Source of the DNA: Octopus sinensis
Taxonomy: Eukaryota
Assembly (NCBI RefSeq): GCF_006345805.1
Contig: NC_043002.1
Coordinates: 87,668,001 to 87,732,000 of the forward strand
DNA: 64,000 nt
Direction: 5' to 3'
Part shown: piece by piece, positions 38,578 to 52,100 of the stretch
Layout: every line of letters starts with the position of its first letter
How positions within the stretch are numbered: position 1 is the stretch's first letter
Notes under the pieces: generated by a model
What the model saw: only the letters and a program-made list of their open reading frames with translations
The model's database searches: none
What the model was told of the DNA's origin: nothing
Position numbers and translations under genes: made by a program

Positions 38578-39789
38578 GCTGAGCTTGAAACAATCTTGAT
38601 TGAATACAATAATGGTTTTCCTCTCACTAAAAACACCCTTTTTTGGTTTAAGTCTGTAAGGCAACAAAAGTTATTTATTAGCAACAAAATAGCATTTTCT
38701 TCCTTGAATAAAAAGCAATCAGTGTTTTCTATTCATTAACAAATAATTAAGTATGTCTTTATTTCAATAAAATTCTTGGTTTTGATAAACGAAGTTAAGG
38801 CAAAAAAAAACTTCTTGAGAAACCAAATAGTCTATCCTACCTTCACGCCAAATTTGAAGAAAATATATCTTTTGCATCTTACTCTTTTGGTCTCTTAAAT
38901 ATACTGCATTTTGTGGCATTATTTCCAGCCAGCCGGCTTTTTTTGTGCAAACTGCAGTGCACTTTTCTCGCGTACGCGTAGTATAGTATCGATCGCAACA
39001 GCTAATGTACTTGCGCGTACAAATGCACGTTCCCACGGCTTTATCGATCGCATTCTAACCTGGAATCGATTTTTGTCGGTATCTACAAATCAAATTTGAG
39101 CGTGGTAGATAAAATAAAATACCAGTTAAGTCCTCAAAATTTCTGCTCTTCAACGCTGCAACACACCGGTGTCCTGCTCAGAGGAATATTGCGATCTCGA
39201 TCACTTGTGCGTCATGGAAACCGGGTAACTAGCCTTACGAGTCCTTGGCTCAAGAACAAAATACGATACTCGGTGTTTGTAAGACAGATGAGAAGGAGTT
39301 AATTTTGTTTGACGGTGAAATTTGGGGTCAAATTTGACGTAACAGGTGTGGTAATATACCCAATCATAATGTTAATTCGTAAAAGGCAAGGTATGATTTT
39401 ATTTTCTGTGTTTGATGATATTGCCATCCCAACTGATTTACATAAGAATAAACCAGCATTTGGAGCATACCTGGAAAGATTTAATTGCATGCTCTATTTA
39501 GCAAACATAATCCGCAAAAAAAACATGAGCTATGGTTCTGCTACAGTGCGACAGTATTTTCGGCATAGATTAAGCCGCTTAAAGTTATGTTAGAAGAAAC
39601 ATAAGAAATCTCAGCCATTAATAGTATCAGTAATATCATTTATAAACGTTTATATATTTGGAGCTGTGCTTCACAAATATGTTTAACTATCACTCTCTTT
39701 CTTTTAGTAACACTTTTTCAAATCTGCCGCCTTCCAACAATTCAGCAAAATCCGGTGTGGCTGTACGATTCAGAAGCTTCTTTCGTGTG

Positions 39790-40065
39790 TGTGTGTGTGT
39801 GTGTGTGGTGTGTGTGTGTGTGCACGCTCGCGTTTGTGTGCTTGCGTGTGTAGCTTTGTGTTTGTGTTTTCTTTGACGCCACTATCGCTTGAAAACCGGG
39901 GTTGGTTGGATTACGTCCACTAACTTAACGGTTCGGAAAAAAAGGGTCCAATAAAATAAGAGGATTAAAAACTATGCACTGGAGTAGAGGGGTTTGTTCG
40001 ACTAAACCCTTCAAAGCGATGTCTCGGCATGGTCGCAGTTCAATGACTGGAACAAGTAAAAGATG
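39790..40065 (+). mobile_element. Degenerate family B SINE 3' half
   Basis: TTACGTCC...CGGTTCGG...CATGGTCGCAGTTCAATGACTGGAACAAGTAAAAGA. Confidence 0.7.
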
Positions 40066-40539
40066 AAGGATAGAAGATACATTTATACGTATCTATACGC
40101 TTATATATGCATTCAGAAGTATAGAGGTTACCTTACGCTACAGGTGCAGTAGCTGCTTTCATCGCAGATATGTTAAAGTCTAGAAATGTTAACAGTGTCT
40201 TTTAAATTGTAATTTACTTTATTTTTTATAACCCATATGGCATATTTGGGATATATTAAGTTTTGAATATTTACCTTTACGTATTTTTATATATAATATC
40301 ATTGCTAGTCTTCTCCTTGTGGTTGTTATTGCCCCAGTTATTATCATAGTTAACGGGAAATTTGACATAACATTGCATTAATTTTTTAGTGGTACTTGGA
40401 ATATTATCCCGGAAAGATTCAAATAAAATAGACTTCTATGAGATTTGAACTAAATCTTTGTCACTACATTGTTTTTTTGTTTTTTATATATACATATTGC
40501 TCACTGCAGTGAATGAGGGAACCTTTACATATACGCTAG

Positions 40540-40610
40540 AACTGCAGAAAATAGCGGCCATATTTTCCTTAAACTACACTTTACCACCTTGCCTGAAGGA
40601 AGACATGCAG
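40540..40610 (+). CDS. Candidate internal exon
   Basis: TAG acceptor at 40539 and CAG/GTTATA donor. Frame TAENSGHIFLKLHFTTLPEGRHA is phase-compatible with the 41783 candidate. Splice sites are only moderate. Confidence 0.25.
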
Positions 40611-41432
40611 GTTATAGCTGCAGCCCTTTCAGTGAATAAATCTGCTCGACTAAGCACTTTGTCTATTTTGATATTTCTGTCATGAATATATACATAAAAT
40701 TTTCAGTGATATATTAATGTATTCGCTTCTGTGTCTCTCACATGTAATGAAATATACTTTTTTTTTAGTACTTTCAGACATTTTTTTATAACAAGCCTTG
40801 TTATAAAAAAAACTTACCCTAAATAAATACATACAAATCGAAAAAAAAATTGTTTTCTAGCAAAATAAGTCATTCTTTTTTAATCTAGGATATATTTTAT
40901 TTATAATATAGCAAAACACTTTCACGCTGTATGCTTGGATATATTTCAGTAAATAACTAACTTATACCAACGAAGAAACTTAAAAACACCCTCAAGGAGA
41001 AAATGGTAGGTTACATATTTTCACTCTAACTTCAATTGCTTTTTATCTTTTTCGATTGTATTTTCTCATTTTTGCATCCAGAAGAATGATAATCTGCCTC
41101 AGTCCTGATTCAAATAAAGTCAGTGCAGCAATAGCAATATAAAGTTGATATTGTCTAGATGTCTACTCATAATTTCAACTGTCCACTGAAGTATCTAATC
41201 GCTAACATCAACCGAAATGAGGTGTCATTCAAAATATCGGGAAGTTTATTTTATATGAAAGAAGAAAAGACGATGCTACAAAATCAGACGTTGTCAATAT
41301 TTTTATTGACTATTCAATACTAAAATGGCTGCAGGAAAGTTATAACAGTTAAAATGTCATATATTGCTTTAGATGCGTGTCTATAGGTTCGTCTGAATCG
41401 ATTTTTCTAATCGTCTTCCCTGGAGACCGATA

Positions 41433-41652
41433 TACAATGAGGTGCTGAAAAGTTCCTGGCTTTGGGTAAAAGAAAATACAGGAGAATTAGTTAATTATGA
41501 CTTTATTCAACATATTCCCCTCTCAAATTCACACTCTTACTGCAGTGGTCCTTCAGTTTTCTAAGCCCTGTAAAAGAACTCTGAAGGTTGGGCTTCCAGC
41601 CAGGCCGTTCGCAATACCCTTAAAGCCAAAAACTTTTCAGCGCCCCTTGCAT
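41433..41652. mobile_element. Mariner-type MITE (about 220 bp)
   Basis: Imperfect TIRs: TACAATGAGGTGCTGAAAAGTTCCTGGCTTT on the left, and ATGCAAGGGGCGCTGAAAAGTTTTTGGCTTT in reverse complement on the right. Confidence 0.7.
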
Positions 41653-41782
41653 GCACTATGAACACTGTAGACTAATGCAGTGATTCTGTAAGGAAGTTAA
41701 ACTGGGACTATAGAGATGGAAGCTCCATCTCCATGAAGATTGAAAATATCTCATGGTGTAAACGCATTCCACTCATATCTAG

Positions 41783-41879
41783 TCGATGAAGGAAATGCTT
41801 TGCTGATCACTGTTATCACACTGAACAGCAGGCCATATCTGAGACTTCTGCAATTCAATAGAAGGCGAGGACCTTTCAA
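41783..41879 (+). CDS. Candidate internal exon (97 bp)
   Basis: Acceptor CCACTCATATCTAG and donor CAA/GTACGT. Only one frame is open: xDEGNALLITVITLNSRPYLRLLQFNRRRGPF. Confidence 0.35.
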
Positions 41880-42002
41880 GTACGTTGATGTTATGTATTG
41901 ACAGAGAAACACATGAAACTAGGGATCTATGAAAGCTTATAGTAATACAGATGCACTTTGGTTGCGTTCGTTTGAAGAACAGCAAGAACAAGAATAAGGA
42001 CA

Positions 42003-42107
42003 CGACGACGACGAAGAAGAAGAAGAAGAAGAAGAAGAAGAACAACAACAACAACAACAACAGGAGGAGGAGGAGGAGGAGAAGAAGAAGAAGAAGAAGA
42101 AGAAGAG
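42003..42107. repeat. Compound trinucleotide repeat (GAC/GAA/CAA/GAG)
   Basis: Direct read. Confidence 0.9.
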
Positions 42108-42689
42108 AAATAAGTGGATGAAGCGGATGAGGAGAAGAAGGGAGAGAAGGCGTCAGCTAATTGGTTGGGTCGTTCCAGCGTATTGTAGAATGCTTTGCGG
42201 TATGTGTTTTGGCTCTACTGTTTGTGATCAAATACTATCGAGGTCAATATTGAGTTTATTCTCCAGGGTGTCTTAAACAAAGTACTAGGAGTCAATTCTT
42301 CTCCCTCTCTCTCCCTCTTCCCCTCTCTCACTCTCTCTCTCTCTCTCTGTATATATATATCTTTTCCTCTCTGAGATCACTCATAGCGTAGTTCTCTTGA
42401 GAAGTTAATGTATCAATAGAGAGTTAGGAACGTTATTTCACAACAAAAGTAGTATGTTACTGAAGCTGTCCAAGGATGACTTATATCGCAGTACAACAAT
42501 TCAGATTGGAAATAAAGAAGAAATATATTGAGTAGAAGGGCGATGAATTGGATGAGTCGTTAAAGCAACGGATTGAACACTTCGCAGTATTTATTCCGAT
42601 TCTCTGAGCACTCAGTTGAAATCCCTACGAGACCAACAGCGTTGCGTTTCATATTTTCGAGTCGGTAACAAAGTAAAAAAGAAAAGGGG

Positions 42690-43134
42690 GCTCAAAGGTC
42701 CTTCCTGAGCCGTAGGGTCATAAGCCCGGTTTCCCAAATTCTGTAGCGTATATATATATATTTCCTTCTTCACTCGCAAATGGGACGGCAGTCCGTTGCA
42801 GGATTATTCGTGTTTGCTAGCTGAGCGGAATGTAACGGCAGGAAATGAGATATATTTCTCAATAACACAACGCGTTGTAAAAAAACAAAAAAGTTAAAGT
42901 AAAGTTACTTTCTCGAGTCCTGCCGATTTCCCTGTTTTCATGGCATTTATATTTGGTCACCTGGATGGGACGCCGGACCGTCGCAGGATTACTCATTTTT
43001 GCCAGCTGAGTAAACTAGAGCAACGTGAAATGAAGTGTTTTGCTCAAGAACGTAGTGGTTGTCCGGTCCAGGAATCGAAGCTACAGTCTTAAGATCATGA
43101 GTCCAACACCCTAACCACTAAGCCACTCGCCTCC
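42690..43134 (-). mobile_element. Family A SINE: complete head and body (42880-43134) plus a second headless body (42690-42872) in tandem
   Basis: Minus strand reads GGAGGCGAGTGGCTTAGTGGTTAGGGTGTTGGACTCATGATC...CTTCGATTCCTGGACCGG...TTCTTGAGCAAAACACTTCATTTCACGTTGCTC. A second, more diverged body restarts at ACGCGTTGTGTTATTGAG. Confidence 0.85.
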
Positions 43135-46100
43135 ACAACACAACGCATTGCCCGAGCAGGAATCGAATCCTGAATCTTATGCTCATCACCACAACACTCT
43201 AACCACTAAGCCACTCGCCTCCACAACACAACGCATTGCCCGAGCAGGAATCGAATCCTGAATCTTACGCTCATTACCACAACACTCTAACCACTAAGGC
43301 ACTCGCCTCCACAACACAACGCATTGCCCGAGCAGGAATCGAATCCTGAATCTTATGCTCATCACCACAACACTCTAACCACTAAGGCACTCGCCTCCAC
43401 AACATGACGCATTGCCCGAGCAGGAATCGAATCCTGAATCTTATGCTCATCACCACAACACTCTAACCACTAAGCCACTCGCCTCCACAACACAACGCAT
43501 TGCCCGAGCAGGAATCGAATCCTGAATCTTATGCTCATCACCACAACACTCTAACCACTAAGCCACTCGACTCCACAACACAACGCATTGCCCGAGCAGG
43601 AATCGAATCCTGAATCTTATGCTCATCACCACAACACACTAACCACTAAGCCACTCGCCTCCACAACACAACGCATTGCCCGAGCAGGAATCGAATCCTG
43701 AATCTTATGCTCATCACCACAACACTCTAACCACTAAGCCACTCGCCTCCACAACACAACGCATTGCCCGAGCAGGAATCGAATCCTGAATCTTACGCTC
43801 ATTACCACAACACTCTAACCACTAAGCCACTCGCCTCCACAACACAACGCATTGCCCGAGCAGGAATCGAATCCTGAATCTTATGCTCATCACCACAACA
43901 CTCTAACCACTAAGCCACTCGCCTCCACAACACAACACATGGCCCGAGCAGGAATCGAATCCTGAATCTTACGCTCATTACCACAACACTCTAACCACTA
44001 AGCCACTCGCCTCCACAACACAACGCATTGCCCGAGCAGGAATCGAATCCTGAATCTTATACTCATCACCACAAAACTCTAACCACTAAGCCACTCGCCT
44101 CCACAACACAACGCATTGCCCGAGCAGGAATCGAATCCTGAATCTTATGCTCATCAACACAACACTCTAACCACTAAGCCACTCGCCTCCACAACACAAC
44201 GCATTGCCCGAGCAGGAATCGAATCCTGAATCTTATGCTCATCACCACAACACTTTAACCACTAAGCCACTGGCCTCCACAACACAACGCATTGCCCGAG
44301 CAGGAATCGAATCCTGAATCTTATGCTCATCACCACAACACTCTAACCACTAAGCAACTAGCCTACACAACACAACGCATTGCCCGAGCAGGAATCGAAT
44401 CCTGAATCTTACAATCATTACCACAACACTCTAACCACTAAGCCACTCGCCTCCACAACACAACGCATTGCCCGAGCAGGAATCGAATCCTGAATCTTAC
44501 GCTCATTACCACAAAACTCTAACCACTAAGCCACTCGCCTCCACAACACAACGCATTGCCCGAGCAGGAATCGAATCCTGAATCTTATGCTCATCACAAC
44601 AACACTCTAACCACTAAGCCACTCGCCTCCACAACACAACGCATTGCCCGAGCAGGAATCGAATCCTGAATCTTATGCTCATCACCACAACACTCTAACC
44701 ACTAAGCCACTCGCCTCCACAACACAACGCATTGCCCGAGCAGGAATCGAATCCTGAATCTTACACTCATTACCACAACACTCTAACCACTAAGCCACTG
44801 GCCTCCACAACACAACGCAGTGTTCGAGCAGGAATCGAATCCTGAATCTTACGCTCATTACCACAACACTCTAACCACTAAGCCACTGGCCTCCACAACA
44901 CAACGCATTGCCCGAGCAGGAATCGAATCCTGAATCTTATGCTCATCACCACAACACTCTAACCACTAAGCCACTCGCCTCCACAACACAACGCATTGCC
45001 CGAGCAGGAATCGAATCCTGAATCTTACGCTCATTACCACAAAACTCTAACCACTAAGCCACTCGCCTCCACAACACAACGCATTGCCCGAGCAGGAATC
45101 GAATCCTGAATCTTATGCTCATCACAACAACACTCTAACCACTAAGCCACACGCCTCCACAACACAACGCATTGCCCGAGCAGGAATCGAATCCTGAATC
45201 TTATGCTCATCACCACAACACTCTAACCACTAAGCCACTCGCCTCCACAACACAACGCATTGCCCGAGCAGGAATCGAATCCTGAATCTTACACTCATTA
45301 CCACAACACTCTAACCACTAAGCCACTCGCCTCCACAACACAACGCATTGTCCGAGCAGGAATCGAATCCTGAATCTTACGCTCATTACCACAACACTCT
45401 AACCACTAAGCCACTCGCCTCCACAACACAACGCATTGCCCGAGCAGGAATCGAATCCTGAATCTTATGCTCATCACCACAACACTCTAACCACTAAGCC
45501 ACTCGCCTCCACAACACAACGGATTGCCCGAGCAGGAATCGAATCCTGAATCTTACGCTCATTACCACAACACTCTAACCACTAAGCCACTCGCCTCCAC
45601 AACACAACGCATTGCCCGAGCAGGAATCGAATCCTGAATCTTACGCTCATTACCACAACACTCTAACCACTAAGGCACTCGCCTCCACAACACAACGCAT
45701 TGCCCGAGCAGGAATCGAATCCTGAATCTTACGCTCATTACCACAACACTCTAACCACTAAGCCACTCGCCTCCACAACACAACGCATTGCCCGAGCAGG
45801 AATCGAATCCTGAATCTTACGCTCATTACCACAAACTCTAACCACTAAGCCACTCGCCTCCACAACACAACGCATTGCCCGAGCAGGAATCGAATCCTGA
45901 ATCTTATGCTCATCACCACAACACTCTAACCACTAAGCCACTCGCCTCCACAACACAACGCATTGCCCGAGCAGGAATCGAATCCTGAATCTTATGCTCA
46001 TCACCACAACACTCTAACCACTAAGCTACTCGCCTCCACAACACAACGCATTGCCCGAGCAGGAATCGAATCCTGAATCTCATGCTCATCACCACAACAC

Positions 46101-49100
46101 TCTAACCACTAAGCCACTCGCCTCCACAACACAACGCATTGCCCAAGCAGGAATCGAATCCTGAATCTTATGCTCATCACCACAACTCTCTAACCACTAA
46201 GCCACTCGCCTCCACAACACAACGCATTGCCCGAGCAGGAATCGAATCCTGAATCTTATGCTCATCACCACAACACTCTAACCACTAAGCCACTCGCCTA
46301 CACAACACAACGGATTGCCCGAGCAGGAATCGAATCCTGAATCTTACGCTCATTACCACAACACTCTAACCACTAAGCCACTCGCCTCCACAACACAACG
46401 CATTGCCCGAGCAGGAATCGAATCCTGATTCTTACGCTCATTACCACAACACTCTAACCACTAAGCCACTCGCCTCCACAACACAACGCATTGCCCGAGC
46501 AGGAATCGAATCCTGAATCTTATGCTCATCACCACAACACTCTACCCACTAAGGCACTCGCCTCCACAACACAACGCATTGCCCGAGCAGGAATCGAATC
46601 CTGAATCTTATGCTCATCACCACAACACTCTAACCACTAAGCCACTCGCCTCCACAACACAACGCATTGCCCGAGCAGGAATCGAATCCTGAATCTTATG
46701 CTCATCACCACAACACTCTAACCACTAAGCCACTCGCCTCCACAACACAACGCATTGCCCGAGCAGGAATCGAATTCTGAATCTTATGCTCATCACCACA
46801 ACACACTAACCACTAAGCCACTCGCCTCCACAACACAACGCATTGCCCGAGCAGGAATCGAATCCTGAATCTTATGCTCATCACCACAACACTGTAACCA
46901 CTAAACCACTCGCCTCCACAACACAACGCATTGCCCGAGCAGGAATCGAATCCTGAATCTTACGCTCATTACCACAACACTCTAACCACTAAGCCACTCG
47001 CCTCCACAACACAACGCATTGCCCGAGCAGGAATCGAATCCTGAATCTTATGCTCATCACCACAACACTCTAACCCCTAAGCCACTCGCCTCCACAATAC
47101 AACGCATTGCCCGAGCAGGAATCGAATCCTGAATCTTATGCTCATTACCACAACACTCTAACCACTAAGCCACTCGCCTCCACAACACAACACATGGCCC
47201 GAGCAGGAATCGAATCCTGAATCTTACGCTCATTACCACAACACTCTAACCACTAAGCCACTCGCCTCCACAACACAACGCATTGCCCGAGCAGGAATCG
47301 AATCCTGAATCTTATACTCAACACCACAACACTCTAACCACTAAGCCACTCGCCTCCACAACACAACGCATTGCCCGAGCAGGAATCGAATCCTGAATCT
47401 TATGCTCATCACCACAACACTCTAACCACTAAGCCACTGGCCTCCACAACACAACGCATTGCCCGAGCAGGAATCGAATCCTGAATCTTATGCTCATCAC
47501 CACAACACTCTAACCTCTAAGCCACTCGCCTCCACAACACAACGCATTGCCCGAGCAGGAATCGAATCCTGAATCTTACACTCATTACCACAACAGTCTA
47601 AACACTAAGCCACTCTCCTCCACAACACAACGCATTGCCCGAGCAGGAATCGAATCCTGAATCTTATGCTCATCACCACAACACTCTAACCACTAAGCCA
47701 CTCGCCTCCACAACAGAACGGATTGCCCGAGCAGGAATCGAATCCTGAATCTTACGCTCATTACCACAACACTCTAACCACTAAGCCACTCGCCTCCACA
47801 ACACAACGCATTGCCCGAGCAGGAATCGAATCCTGATTCTCACGCTCATTACCACAACACTCTAACCACTAAGGCACTCTCCTCCCAACACACAACGCAT
47901 TGCCCGAGCAGGAATCGAATCCTGAATCTTATGCTCATCACCACAACACTCTAACCACTAAGCCACTCGCCTCCACAACACAACGCATTGCCCGTGCAGG
48001 AATCGAATCCTGAATCTTATGCTCATCATCACAACACTCTAACCACTAAGCCACTCGCCTCCACAACACAACGCATTGCCCGAGCAGGAATCGAATCCTG
48101 AATCTTACGCTCATTACCACAACACTCTAACCACTAAGCCACTCGCCTCCCAACACACAACGCATTGCCCGAGCAGGAATCGAATCCTGAATCTTATGCT
48201 CATCACCACAACACTCTAACCACTAAGCCACTCGCCTCCACAACACAACGCATTGCCCGAGCAGGAATCGAATCCTGAATCTTACGCTCATTACCACAAC
48301 ACTCTAACCACTAAGCCACTCGCCTCCACAACACAACGCATTGCCCGAGCAGGAATCGAATCCTGAATCTTACGCTCATTACCGCAACACTCTAACCACT
48401 AAGCCACTCGCCTCCACAACACAACGCATTGCCCGAGCAGGAATCGAATCCTGAATCTTATGCTCATCACCACAACACTCTAACCACTAAGCCACTCGCC
48501 TCCACAACACAACGCATTGCCCGAGCAGGAATCGAATCCTGAATCTTACGCTCATTACCACAACACTCTAACCACTAAGCCACTCGCCTCCACAACACAA
48601 CGTATTGCCGGAGCAGGAATCGAATCCTGAATCTTATACTCATCACCACAACACTCTAACCACTTAGCTACTCGCCTCCACAACACAACGCATTGCCCGA
48701 GCAGGAATCGAATCCTGAATCTCATGCTCATCACCACAACACTCTAACCACTAAGCCACTCGCCTCCACAACACAACGCATTGCCCGAGCAGGAATCGAA
48801 TCCTGAATCTTATGCTCATCACCACAACACTCTAACCACTAAGCCACTCGCCTCCACAACACAACGCATTGCCCGAGCAGGAATCGAATCCTGAATCTTA
48901 TGCTCATCACCACAACACTCTAACCACTAAGCCACTCGCCTCCACAACACAACGCATTGCCCGAGCAGGAATCGAATCCTGAATCTTATGCTCATCACCA
49001 CAACACACTAACCACTAAGCCACTCGCCTCCACAACACAACGCATTGCCCGAGCAGGAATCGAATCCTGAATCTTATGCTCATCACCACAACACTCTGAC

Positions 49101-52100
49101 CACTGAGCCACTCGCCTCCACAACACAACGCATTGCCCGAGCAGGAATCGAATCCTGAATCTTACGCTCTCATTACCACAACACTCTAACCACTAAGCCA
49201 CTCGCCTCCACAACACAACGCATTGCCCGAGCAGGAATCGAATCCTGAATCTTATGCTCATCACCACAACACTCTAACCACTAAGCCACTCGCCTCCATA
49301 ATACAACGCATTGCCCGAGCAGGAATCGAATCCTGAATCTTATGCTCATTACCACAACACTCTAACCACTAAGCCACTCGCCTCCACAACACAACACATG
49401 CCCGAGCAGGAATCGAATCCTGAATCTTACGCTCATTACCACAACACTCTAACCACTAAGCCACTCGCCTCCACAACACAACGCATTGCCCGAGCAGGAA
49501 TCGAATCCTGAATCTTATACTCATCACCACAACACTCTAACCGCTAAGCCACTCGCCTCCACAACACAACGCATTGCCCGAGCAGGAATCGAATCCTGAA
49601 TCTTATACTCATCACCACAACACTCTAACCACTAAGCCACTCGCCTCCACAACACAACGCATTGCCCGAGCAGGAATCGAATCCTGAATCTTATGCTCAT
49701 CACCACAACACTCTAACCACTAAGCCACTCGCCTCCAACACACAACGCATTGCCCGTGCAGGAATCGAATCCTGAATCTTATGCTCATCACCACAACACT
49801 CTAACCACTAAGCCACTCGCCTCCACAACACAACGCATTGCCCGAGCAGGAATCGAATCCTGAATCTTACGCTCATTACCACAACACTCTAACCACTAAG
49901 CCACTCGCCTCCACAACACAACGCATTGCCCGAGCAGGAATCGAATCCTGAATCTTATGCTCATCACCACAACACTCTAACCACTAAGCCACTCGCCTCC
50001 ACAACACAACGCATTGCCCGAGCAGGAATCGAATCCTGAATCTTACGCTCATTACCACAACACTCTAACCACTAAGCCACTCGCCTCCACAACACAACGC
50101 ATTGCCCGAGCAGGAATCGAATCCTGAATCTTACGCTCATTACCACAACACTCTAACCACTAAGCCACTCGCCTCCACAACACAACGCATTGCCCGAGCA
50201 GGAATCGAATCCTGAATCTTATGCTCATCACCACAACACTCTAACCACTAAGCCACTCGCCTCCACAACACAACGCATTGCCCGAGCAGGAATCGAATCC
50301 TGAATCTTACGCTCAGTACCACAACACTCTAACCACTAAGCCACTCGCCTCCACAACACAACGTATTGCCCGAGCAGGAATCGAATCCTGAATCTTATGC
50401 TCATCACCACAACACTCTAACCACTAAACTACTCGCCTCCACAACACAACGCATTGCCCGAGCAGGAATCGAATCCTGAATCTCATGCTCATCACCACAA
50501 CACTCTAACCACTAAGCCACTCGCCTCCACAACACAACGCATTGCCCAAGCAGGAATCGAATCCTGAATCTTATGCTCATCACCACAACTCTCTAACCAC
50601 TAAGCCACTCGCCTCCACAACACAACGCATTGCCCGAGCAGGAATCGAATCCTGAATCTTATGCATCATCACCACAACACTCTAACCACTAAGCCACTCG
50701 CCTCCACAACACAACGGATTGCCCGAGCAGGAATCGAATCCTGAATCTTACGCTCATTACCACAACACTCTAACCACTAAGCCACTCGCCTCCACAACAC
50801 AACGCATTGCCCGAGCAGGAATCGAATCCTGATTCTTACGCTCATTACCACAACACTCTAACCACTAAGGCCACTCGCCTCCACAACACAACGCATTGCC
50901 CGAGCAGGAATCGAATCCTGAATCTTACTGCTCAATCCCACAACACTCTAACCACTAAGGCACTCGCCTCCACAACCACACGCATTGCCCGAGCAGGAAT
51001 CGAATCCTGAATCTTATGCTCATCACCACAACACACTAACCACTAAGCCACTCGCCTCCACAACACAACGCATTGCCCGAGCAGGAATCGAATCCTGAAT
51101 CTTATGCTCATCACCACAACACTCTAAACACTAAGCCACTCGCCTCCACAACACAACGCATTGCCCGAGCAGGAATCGAATCCTGAATCTTACGCTCATT
51201 ACCACAACACTCTAATCACTAAGCCACTCACCTCCACAACACAAAGCATTGCCCGAGCAGGAATCGAATCCTGAATCTTATGCTCATCACCACAACACTC
51301 TAACCACTAAGCCACTCGCCTCCACAATACAACGCATTGCCCGAGCAGGAATCGAATCCTGAATCTTATGCTCATTACCACAACACTCTAACCACTAAGC
51401 CACTCGCCTCCACAACACAACACATGGCCCGTGCAGGAATCGAATCCTGAATCTTACGCTCATTACCACAACACTCTAACCACTAAGCCACTCGCCTCCA
51501 CAACACAACGCATTGCCCGAGCAGGAATCGAATCCTGAATCTTATACTCATCACCACAACACTCTAACCACTAAGCCACTCGCCTCCACAACACAACGCA
51601 TTGCCCGAGCAGGAATCGAATCCTGAATCTTACACTCATTACCACAACACTCTAACCACTAAGCCACTGGCCTCCACAACACAACGCATTGTCCGAGCAG
51701 GAATCGAATCCTAAATCTTACGCTCATTACCACAACACTCTAACCACTAAGCCACTCGCCTCCACAACACAACGCATTGCCCGAGCAGAATCGAATCCTG
51801 AATCTTATGCTCATCACCACAACACTCTAACTACCACTAAGCCACTCGCCTCCACAACACAACGCATTGCCCGAGCAGGAATCGAATCCTGAATCTTACG
51901 CTCATTACCACAAAACTCTAACCACTAAGCCACTCGCCTCCTCCACAACACAACGCATTGCCCGAGCAGGAATCGAATCCTGAATCTTATGCTCATCACC
52001 ACAACACTCTAACCTAACCACTAAGCCACTCGCCTCCACAACACAACGCATTGCCCGAGCAGGAATCGAATCCTGAATCTTATGCTCATCACCACACCCT

